Below are positions 37,391 to 49,149 of a DNA stretch of 64,000 nt, piece by piece. This DNA is from Octopus vulgaris (taxonomy: Eukaryota). Under the pieces are notes generated by a model. That model made no database searches, had not been told where the DNA came from, and saw only the letters and a list, made by a program, of their open reading frames with translations. The position numbers and the translations under genes are program-made. The stretch is taken from positions 37,262,001 through 37,326,000 of the forward strand of contig OX597824.1 of assembly GCA_951406725.2 (NCBI GenBank), given 5' to 3'. Within the stretch, counting starts at the first letter, position 1; every line of letters starts with the position of its first letter.

Positions 37391-38262
37391 GGAGTATGAG
37401 AAAGGAACTACTTCTGACAAGTTGAACCGATTCTAACTATTACATCCTGGTGGTGGTAGTGGTAGTAGTAGTGGTGACGGTGGTGGTAGTGGTGGTGGTT
37501 GTATTTAGTAGATCCTAAGTATAATTTGTATAAAAGAGAATAGCAGGATTAAGGCTGTAATTGATGACTAACTAGTTTGGTAGTATTTAAAAAATCAATT
37601 AGTTTATCGATGTTAATAGTACTGTAGAGAGAAATGACTATTAATATCTCTATTTTTTCCTAACGATATGTTTTAATATTTGAAATAATTCAGAAGTAAT
37701 TATTCATGTTCTATTGTCAATATTAAGTCACTTGTGCAGCTTCCTCTATTTACGTAATTGTTTAGGAATAGAAAAGAAACATATTTCCTGCTCATTTTTA
37801 TTATCGCCATTTAATGACATGTAAGCCGCTCTTAATTTAAACCCTCCCAAGCATTTACAGACCAATCAGTCAGCCATGGTTGTTTATTTAATAACCACTA
37901 GGGCTGTGGGATTAAAGTATTTTCTTCTTTATAAATAGGAGCAACAGAAAACAAATTCAGCCTTATATGAAATCATAACGTGATTCAAACCTGAACAAAC
38001 GAATGAGGATTACGCAGCTATTTTGAATCCTCTTCAAATCAGAGCATTACGAGTGTTAATGGCTGTCAGATATGACGCATCAGACATTTACAACCATTTT
38101 GTGATCTTGTACAGATGGGCATAGTTTCATTAGCTGTTATTTCTCTGTACTAGACAAATATTTTTATAAAGACTATATAAACCTAAGAAAAAAGACGCGG
38201 GAACAATTTTAGGAAATAAGTTTCAAACTCTACAAAATCTGTTTCTAATATTTAAACATCCT

Positions 38263-38775
38263 AAGGCGACGAGCTGGCATAAACGTTAGCACGCCTGGCT
38301 AAAGGCTTAGTGTATTTCGTCTGTCTTTACGTTCTGAGTTCAAATTCCGCCGAGGTCGACATTGCCTTTCATTCTTTCGGGGTCGATAAATTTAGTACTC
38401 GTTGCGTACTGGTGTCGATCTAATCGACTGACCCCTCCCCCAAAATTTCGAGCCTTGTGCCTAGAGTAGAAAAGAATATTTAAAGGCGGCGAGCTGGCAG
38501 AATCATTAGCACACCGAGCTTAGCGGCATTTCGTCCTCCTTCATGTTCTAAGTTCAAATGCCAGTAAGGTCAACTTTACCTTTCATCCCTTTTGGGATCG
38601 ATAAAATAATTACCAGTTGAACACTGGGATCAATGCCATCCCCCGAAATTACTGGTCTTGTGCCAAAATGTGAAACTAATATTTAAACATCTTTAAAATA
38701 AGTACTGGAGTCACTGTAATCAATTCATCCCTTCCCCGAAATTGCTGGCTTTGTGTCAAAATTTGAAACTAATAT
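38263..38775 (+). mobile_element. Cluster of two SINE family A copies plus an extra tail
   Basis: AAGGCG.CGAGCTGGCA heads at 38263 and 38483; tail repeated at 38695-38775. Confidence 0.88.
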
Positions 38776-39499
38776 TCAAAAATTCTGTATAATACTTATT
38801 ATGGACCTCATACTTCTTGGTTTCAACTCTAGGGATGTCTAGGGACGAAGAAGATTTATTTTGTTTGGAGTTTTTGTTGTATTAAACTTTTTATCATGAA
38901 ACCAAAAGAGAAAAATGTATTTTACCTTTTAAACAAGTTTAGAAGGTAGATAGTAAGTTTGTGTTTTGTTTTTTTTTATTACAATTCCATTCACATCAAG
39001 TTAGTGAAGATTGACTTTAATAAAATAAGTGTTATGGTGAGAAACAATTGCCAAAACGATGCCCTGTAATCGTTGAAACACAAGTACAAGCATGTCTGCG
39101 TTTATTGCAAATTGCAGGCTGTCAGTTTTTAATCAAAGTATATCATAATGCATATGTACTGGAAGTAACCGTAAGAATTTCATAACAGTCTTCAGTACTT
39201 TATTGGGTGTACCTTTCTGATACTTTCCAGTTCTGCAAATACCCAATCTATGCTGTACTGCTAGCTTTCACATGTTTGTTGAACCAAACTTTTCAGTGTC
39301 AATGTGGTAATTATCGACGAGCAACGTTGGAAATCTTTACTGAGACTTCTAATCCCCTGCATTTCTTTGAGAAGCTTTCAGAGAATGAGTTTGGACAACT
39401 ATTTCAAATTCAGTTAATTTCCAAGGAGGAGGAGGAGTTGTATATAGTCAGAGAAGATCCCAAGAATAAATGAATCTCTAAAATTCTCGTCTCAATATA

Positions 39500-39735
39500 T
39501 ACCTATTTCTTTACTACCCACAAGGGGCTACACACAGAGGGGACAAATAAGGACAGACAAACGAATTAAGTCGATTATATCGACCCCACTGCGTAACTGG
39601 TACTTATTTAATCGACCCCGAAAGGATGAAAGGCAAAGTTGACCTCGGCGGAATTTGAACTCAGAACGTAGTGGCAGACGAAATACTGCTAAGCATTTCG
39701 CTCGGCGTGCTAACGTTGCTGCCAGCTCGCCACCC
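39500..39735 (-). mobile_element. SINE family A, near full length
   Basis: Reverse complement of the copy at 13335. Confidence 0.9.
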
Positions 39736-40544
39736 TTCATCTCAATATATACCAACAGTTACACAGAATTGTGACATAAATTCGATGTCTTCGTTTGGTT
39801 ATAGTTTTTGTGATTGCAACTGGAATATACAAAAGGTTGTATTTTTCTGTTTAACGAAGATTCGATCGAGGGTAAACTATTGCTTTATCATAATCACAGT
39901 GATCTGACAAAGATAGAAGGGGGAATGAAGTTATTAAAGTTTTGTTGTTTCAGTAGAATTAAGGAATTCAGTGAAAATTTAAGAATGTAATTTTCCTGTG
40001 TGACTACTTTTTGCAGATATCTGATGAAAATGTTAAAGCGATTTAATTGAAAATGTTTTCCTATTATGGTTGTATTTCACTGGGGAATTCTGAATTACTT
40101 TCTGGTTAAACTTAATAACTTTCAATGTGGTGCTCCAGCATGACCACAGTTCAATGACTGAAACCAGTAAAAGAGTAAAAACTTAATTAGTTTTTATATT
40201 TCCATGTTGAATACAATTTTATTTATCTGTTCTGGAAAAGTTGCAGAAAAATATTCTCAGGTTTAAAGTTTAATAATCAATTTTACCTAATCAGAAGACA
40301 AAATTTGGAAGCTGGCATTTTCTACATGATAGCTGTCTTTCATAAAATTAAAGCAAAATCATTAGGAGGAGGAATTTTAATTAAACAACTGAAAGTAAAG
40401 CATTATAATGGCTAAAGTTGTAAGAACTTCTGAAGTTTAATGAATAAGTTCGCGTGAAACAGTCAAACAGATATGTAAATAATTTTTTTTTAAATTCTCA
40501 ATGAAGTTTTCTGGTGAAAAATAGCACAAATCTCTCCTGATTAA

Positions 40545-40648
40545 GAGGTTTATCTGTCAAGGAAGGCATTATATAAATTTTTGTTTATTCCATGTCAGAC
40601 CATGCCTTCCCCGACAGATAAGCCTGTCGTTGCCAGGCTATTCAGCTA

Positions 40649-40649
<1 letters not shown>
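40545..40649 (+). mobile_element. Helitron 3' terminus preceded by a 20-bp inverted repeat
   Basis: AGCCTG-TCGTTGC-CAGGCT hairpin, then ATTCAG-CTAG|T; arms 40550-40569 and 40602-40621. Confidence 0.55.

Positions 40650-40704
<55 letters not shown>
40650..40704. repeat. (TA)n microsatellite
   Basis: Direct reading. Confidence 0.98.
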
Positions 40705-40706
<2 letters not shown>

Positions 40707-41070
40707 CTCCAAGAAAGTTAGAGGTTGTGAATCCAACCCACTAAGGGATAATATCTATTCAATATACTGTTGGTAGAATACCCAATTATTAATACACAAG
40801 TGTTTGTTATTGCATTGCAATTACATTACCTAGTGTACCAAATGGGTGAAGGTAAAGAGATATTTTACCATTAATTTATATAGCAAGAAAATGGAGGAGA
40901 TCAATAGGTGGTTCATCAACTTTTAGACATTATATTATGTTAACTTATTTATTTATTTACTAAACTGATAATTACAATAATATACATACATATAACATAT
41001 TATGCTTTACATATAAGATATAAAATATAGTAATATATAAGGATACTAGTAATTATTATAAAATAACAAT

Positions 41071-41460
41071 AGGCGCAGGAGTGGCTGTGTGGTAAGTAGC
41101 TTGCTAACCAACCACATGGTTCCGGGTTCAGTCCCACTGCGTGGCATCTTGGGCAAGTGTCTTCTGCTATAGCCCCGGGCCGACCAATGCCTTGTGAGTG
41201 GATTTGGTAGATGAAAACTGAAAGAAGCCTGTCGTATATATTATATGTGTGTGTGTGTTTGTATTTGTCCCCCTAGCATTGCTTGACAACCGATGCTGGT
41301 GTGTTTACGTCCCCGTCACTTAGCGGTTCGGCAAAAGAGACCGATAGAATAAGTACTGGGCTTACAAAGAATAAGTCCCGGGGTCGATTTGCTCGACTAA
41401 AGGCGGTGCTCCAGCATGGCCGCAGTCAAATGACTGAAACAAGTAAAAGAGTAAAGAGTA
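41071..41460 (+). mobile_element. Full-length SINE family B (tRNA head, CORE-like domain, internal microsatellite)
   Basis: GGCGCAGGAGTGGCTGTGTGGTAAG A-box, GGTTCAGTCCC B-box, CTTGGGCAAGTG, tail GACTGAAACAAGTAAAAGAG. Confidence 0.9.
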
Positions 41461-41478
41461 TGAATATAAACTGGGAAA

Positions 41479-41593
41479 ATAACTTACAGCTATTTCAGCC
41501 AATAGATAAAAATTACTCAAGTGGAATGAAGTAATAGGTAGATGATAGATAATGAGGTACTTGGGTATATCTCTAGGCTTCGTCAGAGATTAT
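41479..41593 (-). ncRNA. Candidate type I hammerhead ribozyme with extended stem II
   Basis: Minus strand ATAATCT-CTGACGA-AGCC..long imperfect stem..GGCT-GAAA-TAGCTG-TA-AGTTAT. Confidence 0.55.
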
Positions 41594-42047
41594 AAAGTAC
41601 ATAATGTTAAGTTATAAATAAATATAAATATAAATATATAATATATAAAATACACACACATTTGAATACTTATATATATAGATATACATATACATACATA
41701 TATAGATATACATAAATACCTATATATATACTGAAATATACATACATATTTTACATATATACTTACATCTATAAACATATACAATAATCAATTATTACTA
41801 ATATTATTAATATTAGATGCATTCTGTTATTCACAATAGATGCAATATAGTATATAGACTATAGAATATAATATATAAACATATTTTTGCAAGTTATAAG
41901 GATAGTAATTTTACAATCAAAGTTTAGTAAATAAATAAATAAGTTAACATAATATAATGTCTAAAAGTTGATGAACCACCTATTGATCCCCTTCATTTTC
42001 TTATTGCTATATATGTATGTGTATATATATATATATATATGTATGTT

Positions 42048-42090
<43 letters not shown>

Positions 42091-42894
42091 TTGTATATAT
42101 ATGTATGTTTGTATATATATAATAATAATAATATTAGGGAATAAATCCAAACTTACAGGGAAAAATGAGATTTAGGATTAAATCCAATTTTATAGTATAA
42201 ATATATTATATTATATTATATTAAATTAGAGATAAAACCACTATTAGGCAAATCAAACAGTGAAAAACACAAGCCAATACATAAAATTAATTTAAAATAT
42301 AAAAGTTAAAAATAAAAAATTATTTAAATAATTTAAACTTATAAATTTTATATATATACACAAATATATATATATATATGTATGTATGTATATTTTTATA
42401 TTTAAATATTATTTTATTTATTAATTAATTTTTTTATTTTTTTATTTTTTTTTATTATTAAAAAAAAATTTTTTTTTATATATCAAAAGTATTAAAAGTT
42501 TAATAAAAGATAAAGATATATGTATGTATGTATGTTTGTATATATATATATATATACATACCTATAGCATATGTACCTATAGAATAAGTACCAGGCTTAA
42601 GAAATAAGTCCTGGGGTCGATTTGTTTGACTAAAACCATTTAAGGCTGTGCTCCAGCATGGCTGCAATCAAATGATTGAAATAAGTAAAAGAATGGAATA
42701 AAAGAATATCTCACAGAAATTGTGTCTAAAGCCAGCTGGAGACGACAATCTCCTGGGGCTAAAAGCGTCAGTAACACCCCCCCCCCAGTGGCTAGCCACA
42801 TTCAGATGGCTAGTACACTTTACATTTTTTAGTCTCTCTTTTATTGGTTTCAGTCAGAGTCAGAGGCTGTAGCCATGTTAGGACACCTCCATTA

Positions 42895-43320
42895 ACGTTA
42901 ATGCTTATTTATATTAGACTCAGCTTCCTGCCCTTTCTCCAGAGTCAGTCTTGGTGAGGGAGCGAGTTGGACAGCTCTGCACCTTATTTGTGTTTCTCGC
43001 GGCGATGTTGGTTTATCTAATATCTTAGAAAAAAATTTGTCTAAATATGTCCAAGGAACATCATCATCATCATCATCATCAATGGACGTTAAACGATGAT
43101 GATGATGTTCCTTGGACATATCCACAATCTACCTGTAGATTTCCGAGGCCTTTTGGTTCAGCATTGAAAAAGTGTGGGCCTTTGAGCCCTAATCTGTTAC
43201 AGTATTGGGTCCGTACTCTGGACAGAGATTGCCGGATCTTTGGTACAATGCAAAGGTATCCAGTCCAGTGACTGGTGCAGCTTTCAATCTACAAAGTTGG
43301 CTGCTAGAACTTTCAGAAAG
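42895..43320 (-). mobile_element. CR1-type LINE 3' fragment interrupted by an RTE-tail fold-back
   Basis: RVRTQYCNRLGLKGPHFFN..VDMSKEH/LDKFFSKILDKP. Confidence 0.65.
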
Positions 43321-43573
43321 CATATCTTTCACATCTTGTCTCTAGAGACTGAGACAATCCTGGTAAAGTGGCACTGGATTGCCTTGAGTTCTGTCGTTAA
43401 TTTGATGCTTCATGGCAACCATGACTGGGAACAGTTATCCAGGTGACTGAGCATGAATGCTCTCCATAGGAGCAACACGGTTTCCTTTTCCCCCATGTTC
43501 TTAATGATCCCAGAATCCAATCAGTCAATCACCTGTCCATTGTTGCCATCTTAGTAACATGTACAGGGAATGA

Positions 43574-43870
43574 CCCAGCCAGCAAAACCATATTGGACCA
43601 ATTTCATTTTGCAACACGGTGCAACACCGGGCTGACATACTCCCTGATGTTGGGCCGATGTGAGATTTTGGTCTCTTACATCAGGTTGACATCGGCCCAA
43701 TGTCATATTCACGTCAAGGTGACATTGGTCCGATATGAAAATGAGGTTGGGCTGATGTATAGTTGTTCAACTTGAGAAGTTTCAATATTGGCCTAAACCG
43801 ATTTATTCAAGGATGGGCTAATTATTGTATGGTTAAACATTTATACCAGTTCAACATCGGCCACACTTTA
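43574..43870. repeat. CACTA-type terminus and subterminal repeat array
   Basis: TTGGACCAATT, TTGGGCCGATGT, ACATCGGCCCAA, TTGGTCCGATAT, TTGGGCTGATGT and ACATCGGCCACA. Confidence 0.75.
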
Positions 43871-44642
43871 TGTTCTCCATTATGCCAGATCTCTGGTATG
43901 AATTGCTCTGATTCCAACCTCACCCACCCAGCATTTGAAAATAATAATGTAATACTGTTTCAGTTTATAGCCAATGAGGACCACCCACAGCTGAACAGAA
44001 ACAATATTAAATTTATTTTGAAGATGTAAGTTTCTACATGGAATGTAGAAACCTACATAAAAAAATTAAAAACTCATCTTTCTTTGCAGGCATCATTTAT
44101 TTTATAAACTATAACTGTGAAAAATGGCTATTTACAACACAACAAAAGTAAATCATAATATATAAAAGTTAATAAAAATGAAGACAAAATATACTGACCT
44201 ATATACACTGTAAAACTAAGATATTTATTTAATTGGTGTTAAGGTCACTTATACAGCTGTGGCTATTTGTGACAAAGTTCAATAATCATTCATATTTGCA
44301 CATAAAGACCAGTAAATAAGGAGTAACGGTATTCATTTTAGGGTTCAATTTTATGACTTGAAATTTGGGAGATTTGTTAAAAATGAATATATCTAGAATG
44401 TGCAGAAATAAGAAAAACACATTAAATGCGAGGGATATCATCAATAAAATTGTATTTGAAACCATAGACAGGGGTATTACTTACTAACCTGGTGAATGAG
44501 TAATTTGAGTGGAGAACAAAACCATGTATGCAAAGCTAATCAGTCTATTGTTACCAGTGCTTCGCTAAAATGGGTTACCTTAAAAAACTGAGGTAACTCA
44601 TAAATGGGTTATCTTAATTTTCGATTTGTGCAGACCCGAGAT

Positions 44643-44797
44643 CTATGGGAGATTCATTGTCAAGAGCAGACTTGTCCCAATTTTTTTTTCTCTCCTTTTT
44701 TGGCCACCATTTTTGTCACTGGCAGTCTGAAACCATTCTCAAGTTACCAACTCAACCTCTAGTTCTGTTGCATTTTGCATAGTCTTGCGAACAGCTC
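44643..44797 (-). pseudogene. EnSpm second gene, terminal exon
   Basis: Acceptor TTTCAG|GA; AVRKTMQNATELEVELVT*EWFQTASDKNGGQKRRE, resembling the C-terminus of DUF4806 proteins; one internal stop. Confidence 0.8.
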
Positions 44798-45239
44798 CTG
44801 AAATTAATTAATCATGTTACTTAAAAGTAGTTCTTAATGTGAGAATAACAAATGCAATCACATCCATTTACTCATGTATTATTCACAAAGGCAAAAATCT
44901 ACTAGCATAAATTACATGGATTCGACTAATTCTACAGTTGAAAACAGATACAAACTGAAAGCTTCACATTCATAAATGTTCACTACTGTTTTATGTCAGA
45001 ACCTACCAAAGCTAGTACAACCACTCCACCCACCCACAGTCTGAATAAAAGAGTACCCAAAGTGGATATTAATATCATCATATGTCCAGCCCAGGGCTAT
45101 TTTCAGTCCAATGACTGCAAATCAAAATAAAAAAATTCAGTCATTTTCAATACACTATCAGCAAAGGATAAAATATATGTTCAAATGTAAAGCAAAATGT
45201 AGAATAATAGCTTTTTTGTCAAACATCAAAAACAATTAA

Positions 45240-45724
45240 CTGGGTTCCTGTAGGTTTTTAAAAAGAAAATTCAAGGTTTTTTAAAGGTATTTTCAAGCTA
45301 CAGTCAAGGACCATCACGACCACTCCACAAAAAATTCAAGGGTTTCCAAGCACATCCTTCTGATAAAACAAAACTATTTACACTACTTAGGTTCTCAAAT
45401 GATACTGTTTAAATATCGCCTAATCTATTTCCTCAAGTTGTTGATTAATGTGTAGCAATGTTTCCACGCCAGTGTTGGCTGCATGTACAGGTAGCCAACA
45501 CTAATGTGGAAACATTGCAAATATGAATTCAGACCACTGGTTTAATTAGAACATTTTTCTTCTGTAGTATGGGGAGTGAACTGAATACAAAACTTTAAGA
45601 TAAAAATCCAGGGTTTTTGAGGATTTCTGTAAGTCTGGATAATTTTCAAGGGTTTTCCAGGCCTGGAATTTTACTTTTGAAATTCAAGGGTATTCAAGGA
45701 ATTCAAGGATCTGTGGGAACCCTG
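45240..45724. mobile_element. hAT-like MITE with TTCAAGG subterminal repeats and a central hairpin
   Basis: Ends CTGGGTTCCTGTAG and CTGTGGGAACCCTG; many TTCAAG(G) motifs; TSD not recognisable. Confidence 0.65.
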
Positions 45725-46698
45725 ATGAAGAAATTGGTAAGGCCTGCAGCACGATTTTCATTTTTAGCGTTATATGTGGACACAGGCCTATCTGCATGAG
45801 GATTTGCCAGCAGTTATTCTCACATATATGACATTCAGTGTCTCAACTTACTGGTTAATCACAACACTCTGAAAGCCAAACTAGCATATGTCCATTTTTC
45901 AAAGATAAGTCTTACATTTTTTCAACAAAACCATGCAGACATGGATATTGAGAGAAGTGGCTTGGTGAGCTGGTTCTAAAGATATCCATATTTGTGTGGT
46001 TTTGCTAAGAGAGTCCCAAGAGATTTCAAGCTGTGGTAGTCTTATATTGTTTTGTTTTTTTTCTTGGGTGTTTTGATCAAGGATTTGAGTAAATCATTAA
46101 CAAAGATCTAAGCTCTTTCAAAAAGAGATAATAAAAAAATTGCACATTTCACCTCCAGAATGCATATAGCCCATAACATTAATGTCAATACAACTGCTTT
46201 GTTAACTGGTTGAGTGCTGGAAGCAACTGTCGTTGTTTTAAAGAAAAGTGGATTATCAGCATGGAATCAGTATTGGCAAAAGATCACAATTCTGCCAATA
46301 TTGACAGCCGATATATGATTGGCTGTTGGCTGCACAACATATGTAATGGTAATAGCTCATACAGATCCACCAGGGATGATTCATTAAGTCACGCTAACTG
46401 TTGGACAACCTCACCTCTTGTCTGTGATATCTAATAGTTCAGCTTAGAAAATGCAGTGCTGCCAATGACTACATCAGCAGTACTTCATCCAGTAAGATGA
46501 ACTTCCTTATCTGAGTGGTGTTATCACATCTGTGTAATCAGAGCACAGACATCGATTTTGGTATTGGTACTGGTCGATATTGAATTGAGTTATTGGATAT
46601 TGGCAAATACTGATAATACACACATCAGCTCATCCCTAAGAGATAGCTATTCAATTTTGGGAATTGGATATACAAAGGTTGATATCGTTGATACTTAC

Positions 46699-46836
46699 TG
46701 TAAATCACTGATGAAAGTTTACCTTTTTTGCCATACCAGTTATATAGCTCACCTAATTTGCTGGTCAGGATGTGGTGTAGTGTCCTTGCTCTGTGTCACT
46801 AGTATTTTTACCCCTAAGCATAGCAAGGTAATTAAC
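46699..46836 (-). pseudogene. EnSpm second gene, DUF4806 core exon
   Basis: TTTTCAG|GTT ... ACA|GTAAGT; VNYLAMLRGKNTSDT/RTLHHILTSKLGELYNWYGKKGKLS with one frameshift; phases match both neighbouring exons. Confidence 0.8.
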
Positions 46837-47575
46837 CTGAAAATGGATGGATTCTGTTATAGCTTTACACTCTACAGGTTAAATGACCAATAATACATTA
46901 ACTATTTTATGAGAACAGCTACCTTTGACAGTATAGAAAATTTGTCAATCATTCCAAATATATTTAAATTATAAATTAGATGTAAGGGCTTTAACAATTT
47001 TGTTTTAATGACAGAGTGATAAATCTGCGTTGGCAAATTATAAGAACCCAGAAAGATATTCCATCATTAAATTACATTTGGTGCATTAAATTACACTTTC
47101 AGTACTATTTTGTGACAAACAGTGACAACATACAAATAGGATCAAGTTTTGCAAATTGTTTATGCACATGATGTCCGGTTGCCAGAGGATTTAAACCCAT
47201 TGCCATTGGTTGACTTATCTTATTTTACCAGTAAAACAGAATTTGTAAACCACAGTATACAAGCACCATGTTACTTTCTGAGGTTCCTGCTGGGACCTTA
47301 ATCAAATAATCTTTTCAACTAAATATCAGGTCGATGCTCTTAAATATTTTTAATTACTATACCTCCAAAACAAACTGAATCTGAGGTTATGAGTACCGAG
47401 ATGAGCATACAATGATGGGTGTGAGTTTCTTTGGTGTGTGTGTGGAAACACATGTATGTGAAGAATGAAAGAAACAATTGTCACATGTAAGTAAACAGAA
47501 TCAGTTAGAGAGGGACAGAGAGGTTATTAATGAGCCAGCAGGTAAAACCATAAAAATGTAAAATGTACAACTTAC

Positions 47576-47792
47576 CATGTTGTTTTGAACCACACCATCA
47601 CTTAACTCAGCTTCCAAAGTCTCAACATCTTGACTCTCACAAGGGAAATGTCTGGGAGATTTCTTGTCTCCAAAATGGAGGATGAAGATGGGATATTTTG
47701 AATTAGCTGCAGTATAGATTACAACATTTCCCCCTGCTGGGACTGTTCCTCTTGAATTTTCTCAATTGCGGTGAATAGCTGCTGATGCCGAA
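47576..47792 (-). pseudogene. EnSpm second gene, coiled-coil exon
   Basis: TATTTCAG|TT ... ATG|GTAAG; QQLFTAIEKIQEEQSQQGEML*SILQLIQ../SQDVETLEAELSDGVVQNNM. Confidence 0.75.
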
Positions 47793-47829
47793 CTGAAATA
47801 GAAAATAGAAAATAAAAGGTAGAGTAGGT

Positions 47830-48892
47830 GTTGGATCAAATCTGTCAGGGCATCCAACACCCAACACCAATACGTGATTCGACCTTCAATGCAAAACGAC
47901 CAACAAAAATCGGGACTTGGAATGTGAGCCTTTACCGTGAGTCTAGGTGCTGCGTTCAAACAGAGATGGGCTACACCAACCACTTTGCTATTGAGACCAG
48001 TGTACTGCAAGGGTGTATTCTATTCCCTCTCCTATTTCTTATAGCAATTGACTTCATCATGCATGGGGCGATGTACCAACATGGATTTGGGGTTCTGTGG
48101 TGTGGGTCAGGGTGCCTGACTGACCCCAACTTCGCTGATGACATCGTACTCCTTGGAGTGACAAAGAATGTCATTCACACAATGACAGAGAGATTGGAAT
48201 GGGAGGTGGCCAAGATTGGATTCCGCATAAGTGCAAACAAGATGAAGATCATGAGGATTGGATATGTTGATGGGAACAACAATGGTGTCCCAGGAAGTTG
48301 ATGAGTTCACCTATTTGGGCAACATCATGGCAAATGATAGAGATGCCGAATGCAATGTTGCCTGCTGGATTGAGAAGGCCATAGCTGTCTACCTGGGCAG
48401 GTAGGGCGATCTCTATCAAGACCAAAGTGCACCTCGTTGAGAGCATCGTCATACCATCAGCAATATACATAGTGGAAACATGGGAGACATTAGCAAAGAT
48501 CATGCGAAGGCTCAATGTATTTCAGCTACAATGCCTCTGGTGGATACTGCAAATATCATACCACGACCACATCACCAACGACGAGATACATCACCAAACT
48601 GATACCTGTCCACTCCATGAAGTCACTGAGCACTGCTTGTGATTTGCAGGCCATGTCTTCCAATTACCATCATCACAGCATGCAAAAACTACCATTCTGT
48701 GGAAGCTATCACATGGCATGAGAAAACAAGGGTGAGCAAAAGCAACTTGGTGCCGTACCTTCATTGATGATCTCAAAGCCATTGATATCTCATGGGATGG
48801 AGCTGAAATCGCCACAGCTGACTGACCATGTTGGAGAAGCTTTGCCATCCAAATGCATCACACGGCACAGGAGGACCTAAGACTAAGACTAA
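47830..48892 (+). mobile_element. Decayed RTE LINE with (CTAAGA)n tail, inside an intron of the EnSpm second gene
   Basis: SVLQGCILFPLLFLIAIDFIM, NFADDIVLL, EFTYLG and ETW..RRLNVFQLQCL; tail CTAAGACTAAGACTAAG. Confidence 0.9.
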
Positions 48893-49149
48893 GAAGAGTA
48901 GAGTTACGAAATACTTGCTGAGTATACCTCATGACATTTGTAGTTTACAGATATACTGAAAATAGTACACAATCAATAATAATCTCATTTCACGTTTGCT
49001 TTCTGGAATTGGAGAGATCACTAAACCAACAATCAATTATCTGTAGCTTTATATAAGGTCTAGTATAGCACTAATATTTATTTGCCTTTTCTAGTTTGCC
49101 GTAATTAGGGGTAGGGTTTCATATTCCAGAAATAGGAATTATGATACCT

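Larger units (their letters stand above)
40885..42002. repeat. 82-bp inverted repeat pair (40885-40966 and 41921-42002) in a Penelope-like remnant
   Basis: GATCAATAGGTGGTTCATCAACTTTTAGACATTATATTATGTTAACTTATTTATTTATTTACTAAACT is present in both orientations. Confidence 0.9.

Noticed and set aside
39207-39473. 88-aa ORF in unique DNA with a possible acceptor TTCCAG
   Set aside because: No recognisable domain or partner exons; cannot be supported without RNA data
41071-41145. tRNA gene
   Set aside because: A and B boxes run into a SINE body and no full cloverleaf forms; the same holds for the other SINE heads
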